In this document: positions 12,944 through 26,288 of the stretch, in pieces
Layout: each line of letters begins with the position of its first letter
Numbering within the stretch: the first letter of the stretch is position 1
DNA from: Torpedo marmorata
Lineage: Eukaryota
Direction of reading: 5' to 3'
NCBI GenBank assembly: GCA_977017645.1
Contig: OZ360219.1
Span: 87,048,001 to 87,112,000, forward strand
Length of the DNA stretch: 64,000 nt
Notes under the pieces: generated by a model
Told to the model about the DNA's origin: nothing
Database searches by the model: none
Seen by the model: the letters and a program-made list of their open reading frames with translations, nothing else
Program-made: the position numbers and the translations under genes

Positions 12944-13216
12944 GGCGGCACGGTGGGCGTAGCGGTTAGCGCAACGCCTTTACAGCGCCAGCGATCGGGA
13001 ATAAGGTTCGAATCCCGTGCTGTCTGTAAGGAGTTTGTACTTTCTCCCCGTGTCTGCTTGGGGTTTCCCCGGAGGCTCTGTTTTCCTCCCACCATTCAAC
13101 ACGTACCGGGGGTGTAGGTTAATTTGGTGTAAAATTGGGCAGCATGGACTCATGGGCCGAAGTGGCCTGTTACCGTGCTGTATGTCTAAATTTTTTAAAA
13201 ATTAGATTTTTAAAAA
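12944..13216 (+). mobile_element. V-SINE (HE1-like), amplified with the satellite
   Basis: GGCGGCACGG head, GGTTCGAATCCC B-box, V-domain and tail. Same insertion site as copies at 15546, 18142, 20741, 23650, 26016, 47800 and 59247. Confidence 0.9.
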
Positions 13217-15545
13217 ATTGATGTATACATTTGGTGAGCCTATCACATGAAGAAGACATTTATATGGATTGAGACTTGCCATTCCAATTACAGACATCTG
13301 TTTCCTGAACTGCAGCATTTTCCTGTGCTTTCAGTGGTAATTGTTGCCATGTTCAGGTGACAACTGTCTGGCTCCTCAACTGCAAGATGAAGATTTATCC
13401 AGATCTGTTTACATCTGAATCATCAGAGAGTCCAAAGAAGTTGCGGCAGGTTAAATTGTGTTTTATTTCCTCCATGGGAATGTCTTTCATTCCAACCTCT
13501 CTGTTGATGATTATTTTGCCCTTTGATTACACTTTTATTTTAGATTCCATATTTCCAGAGGAAATTGGTATAATTCTTTTTAATTTTGCCCATTGCATTT
13601 TCTGTGCAAGACCTGACATGACTTTTGCAATTCATATCTGAGTGCTTAAAGTCTCGTCGTCTACAGCGTACATGCAGATTTGTGAAGAGACGATTGACTT
13701 CATCAAACACCTCAGCATCTTGTGCTGATTTATGTTTATTAGCACCACATAATATCAGAAAAGTCTCCAGTCGGTAAATATTTCTGATGGTATACTCCCC
13801 ATATTTCAGATAATTTTCAACAAATGGTTTGAAGGCATTTCTCAAAGATTGTCATCTTGTATAGTTTTCACCAAATCTTAGATGCCATTCATGAAATTGT
13901 GTTCTTGTATCACTGAGTGAACACGTGCAGCAGATCTCCAACCAATTCATTTCCTGTTGCAAGGGTTTTCCTCCTTTTCCATGACTGCTGGGGATGTGCT
14001 GTGTGTGGTCACTATGAAGGTAGTGCTTCATCATCGTTGGGTTCAAAAATATTAAGTGCTACCTGCAGTGGTGTCTTTACTTGCTAAATCGTGATCTGCT
14101 ATGTAAGTTCACAAGTTTTTCTGAGTTTTATTTTTCCGTGTCAAATATCTAACTGCAATTTTCTTTCTGGACAGGAGTGGAAGTTGCCTCATGGTTCTTT
14201 GGCACACATGGAGAGGTCAGATGGGAAGACAGAGAAGAATTTCATCCATTCTACCCAGACGTGTTCAGAAACTTTACCTTTTGAAGATGTTTGTTATTCC
14301 GAGTCAATTTGTTGAGCTATGCAGGATATCTTAAACCTGAAGAAGACATGTACGACTGGTTTCAGACTTCCCATTCCGATTACAGACATCTGTTTCCTGA
14401 ACTGCAGCATTTTCCTGTGCTTTCAGTGGTAAGTGCTGCCATGTTTAGGTGATGACTGTCTGGCTCCTCCACAGCAAGGTGAAGATTTGTTTACATCTGT
14501 TGACAACTGAATCATCAGACAGGGCAATGAAATGCCAATGGATTAAATTGTGTTTATTTCTTCCACAGGTGTGTTTTTCTCTCAACCTCCCTGATGATGA
14601 TTATTTTGCCCTTTGATTATACTTGCATTTTAGATTCAATTTATCCGGAGGAAATTGGTAAGATGTTTTTTTACTATTTTCCATTGCATTTTCTGTGCAA
14701 GTCCTGACATGACTTGTGCAATTCATATCTGTGCTTAAATTCTCTTCAACTTAAGCATTCATGCAGTGTTATGAAGTGAACATTGACTTCCTCAATCATC
14801 CCAACATCTTGTGCAGAGTTATATTTATTAGCAACAAATAATGTCATGAAATGTCTACTTTAGATCAACATTTCTGATGGATTACTAGTTTGCAATTCTT
14901 GTAGTTGTGCTGTACGACTGGGTTCAGACTTGCCATTCCAATTACAGACATCTGTTTCCTGAACTGCAGCATTTTCCTGTGCATTCAGTGGTAAGTGCTG
15001 CCATGTTTGGGTGACGACTGTCTGTCCCATCAACTGCAAGATGAAGATTTGTCCAGATCTGTTTACAAACAGTCAGTAGGAAATTTTCCAAGCTGATAAT
15101 TTGAGATAATTTATGACAAATCCAACACTGCCATTCATGAAATTCTTTTGTCCTCTCACTGAGAGATCATGTGCACCAGCTCACCTTTTACTTTATTTCA
15201 TTTTCCAAGGGGTGTTCTTCCTTAAGCTGTTCAATGATTGTTGGGTACAAAAATATTAAGTGCTATGTCTTTCGTTTCTTTACTTGTCGAATCATAATCC
15301 ACTGGAACAATTGTATTTCTACAAGGCAAACATCTGTCCCTCTCTGAATTGTTCTTTGCAATACGTGTGCACAATTCATTGCCCTGGTTTGATACGCTTG
15401 CAGGTCCTGTGACTGATCGAAAGGCTAAAAAGATTCGATCCACCAAACCTGATGCAGGATTTTTCGGTTTGCAATACTTGATGTGCTGCTATGGAAAGTT
15501 ACCTTTTTAAATTGTTCGTTTTCCTAAAAAAAACATTTGCAATTT

Positions 15546-15818
15546 GGCGGCACGGTGGGCGTAGCGGTTAGCGCAACGCCTTTACAGTGCCAGCGATCGG
15601 GAATAAGGTTCGAATCCCGTGCTGTCTGTAAGGAGTTTGTACGTTCTCCCCGTTTCTGCTTGGGCTTTCCCCGGAGGCTCTGTTTTCCTCCCACCATTCA
15701 ACACGTACTGGGGGTGTAGGTTAATTGGGTGTAAAATTGGGTGGCATGGACTCATGGGCCGAAATGGCCTGTTACCGTGCTGCATGTCTAAATTTTTAAA
15801 AAATTAGATTTTTAAAAA
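15546..15818 (+). mobile_element. V-SINE copy within HOR
   Basis: Near-identical to 12944-13216, with the same flanks. Confidence 0.9.
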
Positions 15819-18141
15819 ATTGCTGTATACATTTGGTGAGCCTATCACATGAAGAAGACGTTTATATGGATTGAGACTTGCCATTCCAATTACAGACATC
15901 TGTTTCCTGAACTGCAGCATTTTCCTGTGCTTTCAGTGGTAAGTGCTGCCATGTTCAGGTGACGACTGTCTGGCTCCTCAACTGCAAGATGAAGATTTAT
16001 CCAGATCTGTTTACATCTGAATCATCAGAGAGTCCAAAGAAGTTGCGGCAGGTTAAATTGTGTTTTATTTCCTCCATGGGAATGTCTTTCATTCCAACCT
16101 CTCTGTTGATGATTATTTTGCCCTTTGATTACACTTTTATTTTAGATTCCATATTTCCAGAGGAAACAATTCTTTTTAATTTTGCCCATTGCACTTTCTG
16201 TGCAAGACCTGACATGACTTGTGCAATTCATATCTGAGTGCTTAAAGTCTCGTCGTCTACAGCGTACATGCAGATTTGTGAAGAGACGATTGACTTCATC
16301 AAACACCTCAGCATCTTGTGCTGATTTATGTTTATTAGCACCACATAATATCAGAAAAGTCTCCAGTCGGTAAATATTTCTGATGGTATACTCCCCATAT
16401 TTCAGATAATTTTCAACAAATGGTTTGAAGGCATTTCTCAAAGATTGTCATCTTGTATAGTTTTCACCAAATCTTAGATGCCATTCATGAAATTGTGTTC
16501 TTGTATCACTGAGTGAACACGTGCAGCAGATCTCCAACCAATTCATTTCCTGTTGCAAGGGTTTTCCTCCTTTTCCATGACTGCTGGGGATGTGCTGTGT
16601 GTGGTCACTATGAAGGTAGTGCTTCATCATCGTTGGGTTCAAAAATATTAAGTGCTACCTGCAGTGGTGTCTTTACTTGCTAAATCGTGATCTGCTATGT
16701 AAGTTCACAAGTTTTTCTGAGTTTTATTTTTCCGTGTCAAATATCTAACTGCAATTTTCTTTCTGGACAGGAGTGGAAGTTGCCTCATGGTTCTTTGGCA
16801 CACATGGAGAGGTCAGATGGGAAGACAGAGAAGAATTTCATCCATTCTACCCAGACGTGTTCAGAAACTTTACCTTTTGAAGATGTTTGTTATTCCGAGT
16901 CAATTTGTTGAGCTATGCAGGATATCTTAAACCTGAAGAAGACATGTACGACTGGTTTCAGACTTCCCATTCCGATTACAGACATCTGTTTCCTGAACTG
17001 CAGCATTTTCCTGTGCTTTCAGTGGTAAGTGCTGCCATGTTTAGGTGATGACTGTCTGGCTCCTCCACAGCAAGGTGAAGATTTGTTTACATCTGTTGAC
17101 AACTGAATCATCAGACAGGGCAATGAAATGCCAATGGATTAAATTGTGTTTATTTCTTCCACAGGTGTGTTTTTCTCTCAACCTCCCTGATGATGATTAT
17201 TTTGCCCTTTGATTATACTTGCATTTTAGATTCAATTTATCCGGAGGAAATTGGTAAGATGTTTTTTTACTATTTTCCATTGCATTTTCTGTGCAAGTCC
17301 TGACATGACTTGTGCAATTCATATCTGTGCTTAAATTCTCTTCAACTTAAGCATTCATGCAGTGTTATGAAGTGAACATTGACTTCCTCAATCATCCCAA
17401 CATCTTGTGCAGAGTTATATTTATTAGCAACAAATAATGTCATGAAATGTCTACTTTAGATCAACATTTCTGATGGATTACTAGTTTGCAATTCTTGTAG
17501 TTGTGCTGTACGACTGGGTTCAGACTTGCCATTCCAATTACAGACATCTGTTTCCTGAACTGCAGCATTTTCCTGTGCATTCAGTGGTAAGTGCTGCCAT
17601 GTTTGGGTGACGACTGTCTGTCCCATCAACTGCAAGATGAAGATTTGTCCAGATCTGTTTACAAACAGTCAGTAGGAAATTTTCCAAGCTGATAATTTGA
17701 GATAATTTATGACAAATCCAACACTGCCATTCATGAAATTCTTTTGTCCTCTCACTGAGAGATCATGTGCACCAGCTCACCTTTTACTTTATTTCATTTT
17801 CCAAGGGGTGTTCTTCCTTAAGCTGTTCAATGATTGTTGGGTACAAAAATATTAAGTGCTATGTCTTTCGTTTCTTTACTTGTCGAATCATAATCCACTG
17901 GAACAATTGTATTTCTACAAGGCAAACATCTGTCCCTCTCTGAATTGTTCTTTGCAATACGTGTGCACAATTCATTGTCCTGGTTTGATACGCTTGCAGG
18001 TCCTGTGACTGATCGAAAGGCTAAAAAGATTCGATCCACCAAACCTGATGCAGGATTTTTCGGTTTGCAATACTTGATGTGCTGCTATGGAAAGTTACCT
18101 TTTTAAATTGTTCGTTTTCCTAAAAAAAACATTTGCAATTT

Positions 18142-18414
18142 GGCGGCACGGTGGACATAGCGGTTAGCGCAACGCCTTTACAGTGCCAGCGATCGGGAAT
18201 AAGGTTCGAATCCCGTGCTGTCTGTAAGGAGTTTGTACTTTCTCCCCGTGTCTGCTTGGGCTTTCCCCGGAGGCTCTGTTTTCCTCCCACCATTCAACAC
18301 GTACTGGGGGTGTAGGTTAATTGGGTGTAAAATTGGGTGGCATGGACTCATGGGCCGAAATGGCCTGTTACCGTGCTGCATGTCTAAATTTTTAAAAAAT
18401 TAGATTTTTAAAAA
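18142..18414 (+). mobile_element. V-SINE copy within HOR
   Basis: Near-identical to 15546-15818, offset 2596 bp. Confidence 0.9.
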
Positions 18415-20740
18415 ATTGCTGTATACATTTGGTGAGCCTATCACATGAAGAAGACGTTTATATGGATTGAGACTTGCCATTCCAATTACAGACATCTGTT
18501 TCCTGAACTGCAGCATTTTCCTGTGCTTTCAGTGGTAAGTGCTGCCATGTTCAGGTGACGACTGTCTGGCTCCTCAACTGCAAGATGAAGATTTATCCAG
18601 ATCTGTTTACATCTGAATCATCAGAGAGTCCAAAGAAGTTGCGGCAGGTTAAATTGTGTTTTATTTCCTCCATGGGAATGTCTTTCATTCCAACCTCTCT
18701 GTTGATGATTATTTTGCCCTTTGATTACACTTTTATTTTAGATTCCATATTTCCAGAGGAAACAATTCTTTTTAATTTTGCCCATTGCACTTTCTGTGCA
18801 AGACCTGACATGACTTGTGCAATTCATATCTGAGTGCTTAAAGTCTCGTCGTCTACAGCGTACATGCAGAATTGTGAAGAGACGATAGACTTCATCAAAC
18901 ACCTCAGCATCTTGTGCTGATGTATGTTTATTAGCACCAAATAATGTCAGAAAAGTCTCCAGTCGGTAAATATTTCTGATGGTATACTCCCCATATTTCA
19001 GATAATTTTCAACAAATGGTTTGAAGGCATTTCTCAAAGATTGTCATCTTGTATAGTTTTCACCAAATTTTAGATGCAATTCATGAAATTGTGTTCTCGT
19101 ATCACTGAGTGAACACGTGCAGCAGATCTCCAACCAATTCATTTCCTGTTGCAAGGGTTTTCCTCCTTTTCCATGACTGCTGGGGATGTGCTGTGTGTGG
19201 TCACTATGAAGGTAGTGATTCATCATCGTTGGGATCAAAAATATTAAGTGCTACCTGCAGTGGTGTCTTTACTTGCTAAATCGTGATCTGCTATGGAAGT
19301 TCACAATTTTTTCTGAGTTTTATTTTCCGTGCCAAATATCTAACTGCAATTTTCTCTCTGTGGACAGGAGTGGAAGTTGCCTCATGGTTCTTTGGCACAC
19401 ATGGAGAGGTCAGACGGGAAGACAGAGAAGAATTTCATCCATTCTACCCAGACGTGTTCAGAAACTTTACCTTTTGAAGATGTTTGTTATTCCGAATCAA
19501 TTTGTTGAGATATGCAGGATATCTTAAACCTGAAGAAGACATGTACGACTGGTTTCAGACTTCCCATTCCGATTACAAACATCTGTTTCCTGAACTGCAG
19601 CATTTTCCTGTGCTTTCAGTGGTAAGTGCTGCCATGTTGAGGTGACGACTGTCTGGCTCCTCCACAGCAAGGTGAAGATTTGTGCACATCTGTTGACAAC
19701 TGAATCATCAGACAGGGCAATGAAATGCCAATGGATTAAATTGTGTTTTATTTCGTCCACAGTTGTGGTTTTCTCTCAACCTCCCTGATGATGATTATTT
19801 TGCCCTTTGATTATACTTACATTTTAGATTCAATTTATCTGGAGGAAGTTGGTACGATGTCTTTTTACTATTTTCCATTGCATTTTCTGTGCAAGTCCTG
19901 ACATGACTTGTGCAATTCATATCTGTGCTTAAATTCTCTTCATCTTCAGTATCCATGCAGTGTTATGAAGAGAACATTGACTTCCTCAATCATCCCAGCA
20001 TCTTGTGCAGAGTTATGTTTATTAGCAACAAATAATGTCATGAAATATCTACTTTAGATAAACATTTCTGATGGATTACTAGTTTGCAATTCTTGTAGTT
20101 GTGCTGTACGACTGGGTTCAGACTTGCCATTCCAATTACAGACATCTGTTTCCTGAACTGCAGCATTTTCCTGTGCATTCAGTGGTAAGTGCTGCCATGT
20201 TTAGGTGACGACTGTCTGTCCCATCAACTGCAAGATGAAGATTTGTCCAGATCTGTTTACAAACAGTCAGTAGGAAATTTTCCAAGCTGATAATTTGAGA
20301 TAATTTATCACTAATCCAACACTGCCATTCATGAAATTCTTTTGTCCTCTCACTGAGAGATCATGTGCACCATCTTTCATTTTACTTTATTTCATTTTCC
20401 AAGGGGTTTTCTTCCTTATGCTGTTCAATGATTGTTGGGTACAAAAATATTAAGTGCTATGTCTTTCGTTTCTTTACTTGTCGAATCGTCATCCACTGGT
20501 ACAATTGTATTTCTACATGGCAAACATCTGTCCCTCTCTAAACTGTTCTTTGCAATACGTGTGCACAATTCATTGTCCTGGTTTGATACGCTTGCATGTC
20601 CTGTGATTCTGATCGAAAGGCAAAAATGTTTCGATCCACCAAACCTGATGCAGGATTTGATGGTTCCCAATGCTTGTTGTGCTGCTATGGAAAGTTACTT
20701 TTTCAAATTGTTCGTTTTTCTAAAAAAACATTTGGAATTT

Positions 20741-20996
20741 GGCGGCACGATGGGCGTAGCGGTTAGCGCAATGCCTTTACAGTGCCAGCGATCGGGAATA
20801 GGGTTCGAATCCCGTGCTGTTTGTAAGGAGTTTGTATGTTATCCCCGTGTCTGCGTGGTTTTTCCCCGTGGTCTCCGGTTTCCTCCCACCGTTCAAAACT
20901 TACCAGGGGTGTAGGTTAATTGGGTGTAAAATTGGGCGGCATGGACTCGTGGGCCGAAATGGCCTGTTACAGTGCTGTATTTCTAAATTTTTTTTA
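20741..20996 (+). mobile_element. V-SINE copy within HOR
   Basis: Same head, V-domain, tail and insertion site as 12944. Confidence 0.9.
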
Positions 20997-23649
20997 AATT
21001 GCTGTATACTTTTGATGAGCCTACCACCTGAAGAAGACGTTTACGATGGGTTGAGACTTGCCATTCCAATTACAGACATCTGCTTCCTGAACTGCAGCAT
21101 TTTCCTGTGGTATGATGCTTTTTACTATTTTCCATTGCATTTTCTGTGCAAGTCCTGACATGACTTGTGCAATTCATATCTGTGTGCTTAAAGTCTCTTC
21201 ATCTTCAGTATCCATGCAGTGTTATGAAGAGAACATTGACTTCCTCAATCATCCCAGCATCTTGTGCAGAGTTATGTTTATTAGCAACAAATAATGTCAT
21301 GAAATGTCTACTTTAGATAAACATTTCTGATGGATTACTAGTTTGCAATTCTTGTAGTTGTGCTGTACGACTGGGTTCAGACTTGCCATTCCAATTACAG
21401 ACATCTGTTTCCTGAACTGCAGCATTTTCCTGTGCTTTCAGTGGTAAGTGCTGCCATGTTCAGGTGACGACTGTCTGGCTCCTCAACTGCAAGATGAAGA
21501 TTTATCCAGATCTGTTTACATCTGAATCATCAGAGAGTCCAAAGAAGTTGCGGCAGGTTAAATTGTGTTTTATTTCCTCCATGGGAATGTCTTTCATTCC
21601 AACCTCTCTGTTGATGATTATTTTGCCCTTTGATTACACTTTTATTTTAGATTCCATATTTCCAGAGGAAACAATTCTTTTTAATTTTGCCCATTGCACT
21701 TTCTGTGCAAGACCTGACATGACTTGTGCAATTCATATCTGAGTGCTTAAAGTCTCGTCGTCTACAGCGTACATGCAGAATTGTGAAGAGACGATAGACT
21801 TCATCAAACACCTCAGCATCTTGTGCTGATGTATGTTTATTAGCACCAAATAATGTCAGAAAAGTCTCCAGTCGGTAAATATTTCTGATGGTATACTCCC
21901 CATATTTCAGATAATTTTCAACAAATGGTTTGAAGGCATTTCTCAAAGATTGTCATCTTGTATAGTTTTCACCAAATTTTAGATGCAATTCATGAAATTG
22001 TGTTCTCGTATCACTGAGTGAACACGTGCAGCAGATCTCCAACCAATTCATTTCCTGTTGCAAGGGTTTTCCTCCTTTTCCATGACTGCTGGGGATGTGC
22101 TGTGTGTGGTCACTATGAAGGTAGTGATTCATCATCGTTGGGATCAAAAATATTAAGTGCTACCTGCAGTGGTGTCTTTACTTGCTAAATCGTGATCTGC
22201 TATGGAAGTTCACAATTTTTTCTGAGTTTTATTTTCCGTGCCAAATATCTAACTGCAATTTTCTCTCTGTGGACAGGAGTGGAAGTTGCCTCATGGTTCT
22301 TTGGCACACATGGAGAGGTCAGACGGGAAGACAGAGAAGAATTTCATCCATTCTACCCAGACGTGTTCAGAAACTTTACCTTTTGAAGATGTTTGTTATT
22401 CCGAATCAATTTGTTGAGATATGCAGGATATCTTAAACCTGAAGAAGACATGTACGACTGGTTTCAGACTTCCCATTCCGATTACAAACATCTGTTTCCT
22501 GAACTGCAGCATTTTCCTGTGCTTTCAGTGGTAAGTGCTGCCATGTTGAGGTGACGACTGTCTGGCTCCTCCACAGCAAGGTGAAGATTTGTGCACATCT
22601 GTTGACAACTGAATCATCAGACAGGGCAATGAAATGCCAATGGATTAAATTGTGTTTTATTTCGTCCACAGTTGTGGTTTTCTCTCAACCTCCCTGATGA
22701 TGATTATTTTGCCCTTTGATTATACTTACATTTTAGATTCAATTTATCTGGAGGAAGTTGGTACGATGTCTTTTTACTATTTTCCATTGCATTTTCTGTG
22801 CAAGTCCTGACATGACTTGTGCAATTCATATCTGTGCTTAAATTCTCTTCATCTTCAGTATCCATGCAGTGTTATGAAGAGAACATTGACTTCCTCAATC
22901 ATCCCAGCATCTTGTGCAGAGTTATGTTTATTAGCAACAAATAATGTCATGAAATGTCTACTTTAGATAAACATTTCTGATGGATTACTAGTTTGCAATT
23001 CTTGTAGTTGTGCTGTACGACTGGGTTCAGACTTGCCATTCCAATTACAGACATCTGTTTCCTGAACTGCAGCATTTTCCTGTGCATTCAGTGGTAAGTG
23101 CTGCCATGTTTAGGTGACGACTGTCTGTCCCATCAACTGCAAGATGAAGATTTGTCCAGATCTGTTTACAAACAGTCAGTAGGAAATTTTCCAAGCTGAT
23201 AATTTGAGATAATTTATCACTAATCTAACACTGCCATTCATGAAATTCTTTTGTCCTCTCACTGAGAGATCATGTGCACCATCTTTCATTTTACTTTATT
23301 TCATTTTCCAAGGGGTTTTCTTCCTTATGCTGTTCAATGATTGTTGGGTACAAAAATATTAAGTGCTATGTCTTTCGTTTCTTTACTTGTCGAATCGTCA
23401 TCCACTGGAACAATTGTATTTCTACATGGCAAACATCTGTCCCTCTCTAAACTGTTCTTTGCAATACGTGTGCACAATTCATTGTCCTGGTTTGATACGC
23501 TTGCATGTCCTGTGATTCTGATCGAAAGGCAAAAATGTTTCGATCCACCAAACCTGATGCAGGATTTGATGGTTCCCAATGCTTGTTGTGCTGCTATGGA
23601 AAGTTACTTTTTCAAATTGTTCGTTTTTCTAAAAAAACATTTGGAATTT

Positions 23650-23905
23650 GGCGGCACGATGGGCGTAGCGGTTAGCGCAATGCCTTTACAGTGCCAGCGA
23701 TCGGGAATAGGGTTCGAATCCCGTGCTGTTTGTAAGGAGTTTGTATGTTATCCCCGTGTCTGCGTGGTTTTACCCCGTGGTCTCCGGTTTCCTCCCACCG
23801 TTCAAAACTTACCAGGGGTGTAGGTTAATTGGGTGTAAAATTGGGCGGCATGGACTCGTGGGCCGAAATGGCCTGTTACAGTGCTGTATGTCTAAATTTT
23901 TTTTA
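23650..23905 (+). mobile_element. V-SINE copy within HOR
   Basis: Duplicate of 20741-20996, offset 2909 bp. Confidence 0.9.
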
Positions 23906-26015
23906 AATTGCTGTATACTTTTGATGAGCCTACCACCTGAAGAAGACGTTTACGATGGGTTGAGACTTGCCATTCCAATTACAGACATCTGTTTCCTGAA
24001 CTGCAGCATTTTCCTGTGGTATGATGCTTTTTACTATTTTCCATTGCATTTTCTGTGCAAGTCCTGACATGACTTGTGCAATTCATATCTGTGTGCTTAA
24101 AGTCTCTTCATCTTCAGTATCCATGCAGTGTTATGAAGAGAACATTGACTTCCTCAATCATCCCAGCATCTTGTGCAGAGTTATGTTTATTAGCAACAAA
24201 TAATGTCATGAAATGTCTACTTTAGATAAACATTTCTGATGGATTACTAGTTTGCAATTCTTGTAGTTGTGCTGTACGACTGGGTTCAGACTTGCCATTC
24301 CAATTACAGACATCTGTTTCCTGAACTGCAGCATTTTCCTGTGCATTCAGTGGTAAGTGCTGCCATGTTTAGGTGACGACTGCCTGTCCCATCAACTGCA
24401 AGTTGAAGATTTGTCCAGATCTGTTTACAAACAGTCAGTAGGAATTTTCCAAGCTGATAATTTGAGATAATTTATGACAAATCCAACGCTGCCATTCATG
24501 AAAGTTGTTTCTCCACTCACTGAGAGATCACTTCATTCAACTCACCTTTTATTTTATTTCTTTTTCCAAGAGTTTTCCTTCCTCACCATGACGACAGCAG
24601 TGGTGGTTAATGATTGTTCGGTACAAAAATATTAAGGGCTACGCCTTTCATTTCTTTACTTGTCGAATCTTCACCCGCTGGAACAATTTTATTTATAGAC
24701 GTCAAACATGCGTCTCGCTCTAAATTGTTCTGTGCAATATATGTGCACATTTCCTTGAGCTGGTTTAATACCTTTGCATTCCTGAGACTGATAGAAACGC
24801 TGTTCAAAAGTTTCAAACCTCCCAATCCTAGGAAGGATTTGAGGGTTTGCAAATCTTGTAGTTGTGCTGCTACGGAATTTTACCTTTTGAAATTGGTCAT
24901 TTTCATAAAAATAGATTTTGAATTGCTCTATACCTTTGGTGAGCCTTTCACCTGAAGATGATGGTTACGACTGGGTTCAGACTTGCTATTCCAATTACAG
25001 ACATCTGTTGCCTGAACTGCAGCATTTTCCTGTGCATTCAGTGGTAAGTGCTGCCATGTTTAGATGATGACTGTCTTGTTACTCAAGTGCAAGATGATGA
25101 TTTGTCCACATCTTTTTACAACTGAGTCATCAGGCAGGGCAAAAAATTACAACAATCAAATTTTCTTTTATTTCTTCCATTGAAATGCCTTTCTTCCCAA
25201 CCTCTCTGTTAATGATTCTTTTGCACTTTGATTACAGTAGAATTTTAGATTCAATTTTACTGGAGGAATTTGGTGCAATGATTTTATATTTTTCCCATTG
25301 CATTTTCTGTGCAAGATCTGATGTGACTTGTGCAATACATAGCTGAGTGTTTAAAGTCTCATCATCTTCAGCGTTCATGCAGAATTGTGAAGAGATGATT
25401 GAGTTCGTCACACATCTCAGCAATTTGTGCTGAATAGTGTTTATTGGCACCAAATAATATCATAAAATGTCTACTTTCGATGAACATTTCTGATGGTTCA
25501 TTAGCCATATTTCTGCAGACCTTTTGGAATACTGTAAGAAGGAATTTTTTGAAGATAATTTGAGATAATTTATGCCAAATCTAACGCTGCCATTCATGAA
25601 ATTCTTTTGTCCTCTCACTGAGAGATCATGTGCACCAGCAAACCTTTTACTTTATTTCATTTTCCAAGGGGTGTTCTTCCTTATAATGATGACTGCAGTG
25701 GTGTTCAATGATTGTTGGGTACAAAAATATTAAGTGCTATGTCTTTCGTATCTTTACTTGTCGAATCGTCATCCACTGGAACAATTGTATTTCTACACGG
25801 CAAACATCTGTCCCTCTGAATTGTTCTTTGCAATACGTGTGCACAATTCATTGTCCTGGTTTGATACGCTTGCAGGTCCTGTGACTGATCGAAAGGCTAA
25901 AAAGATTCGATCCACCAAACCTGATGCATGATTTTTCGGTTTGCAATACTTGATGTGCTGCTATGAAAGTTACCTTTTCAAATTGTTCGTTTCCTTAAAA
26001 AAACATTTGCAATTT

Positions 26016-26288
26016 TGCGGCACGGTGGGCATAGCGGTTAGTGCAACGCCTTTACAGCGCCAGCGATTGGAAATAAGGTTCGAATCCCGTGCTGTCTGTA
26101 AGGAGTTTGTACGTTCTCCCCGTGTCTGCGTGGGGTTTCCCAAGAGGCTCTGTTTACCTCCCACCATTCAAAACGTACCAGGGGTGTAGGTTAATTGGGT
26201 GTAAAATTGGACAGCATGGACTCATGGGCCGAAATGGCCTGTTACCGTGCTGTATGTCTAAATTTTAAAAAAATTAGATTTTTTTAAA
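26016..26288 (+). mobile_element. V-SINE copy
   Basis: Same element and insertion site as 12944. Confidence 0.9.

Larger units (their letters stand above)
12330..20140 (+). repeat. 2596-bp higher-order repeat, about 3 copies
   Basis: Identical ORF translations recur at 2596-bp offsets (13852/16448/19044; 15231/17827). Cores at 14429/17025 and 14991/17587. Confidence 0.9.
18470..24430 (+). repeat. 2909-bp higher-order repeat, 2 near-identical copies
   Basis: ORF translations recur at exactly 2909 bp (18555/21464, 19044/21953, 20432/23341, 21112/24021). Confidence 0.9.

Noticed and set aside
12944-13020. tRNA genes at the SINE heads
   Set aside because: The A/B boxes run directly into the V-domain and tail, so these are SINE heads, not stand-alone tRNAs.
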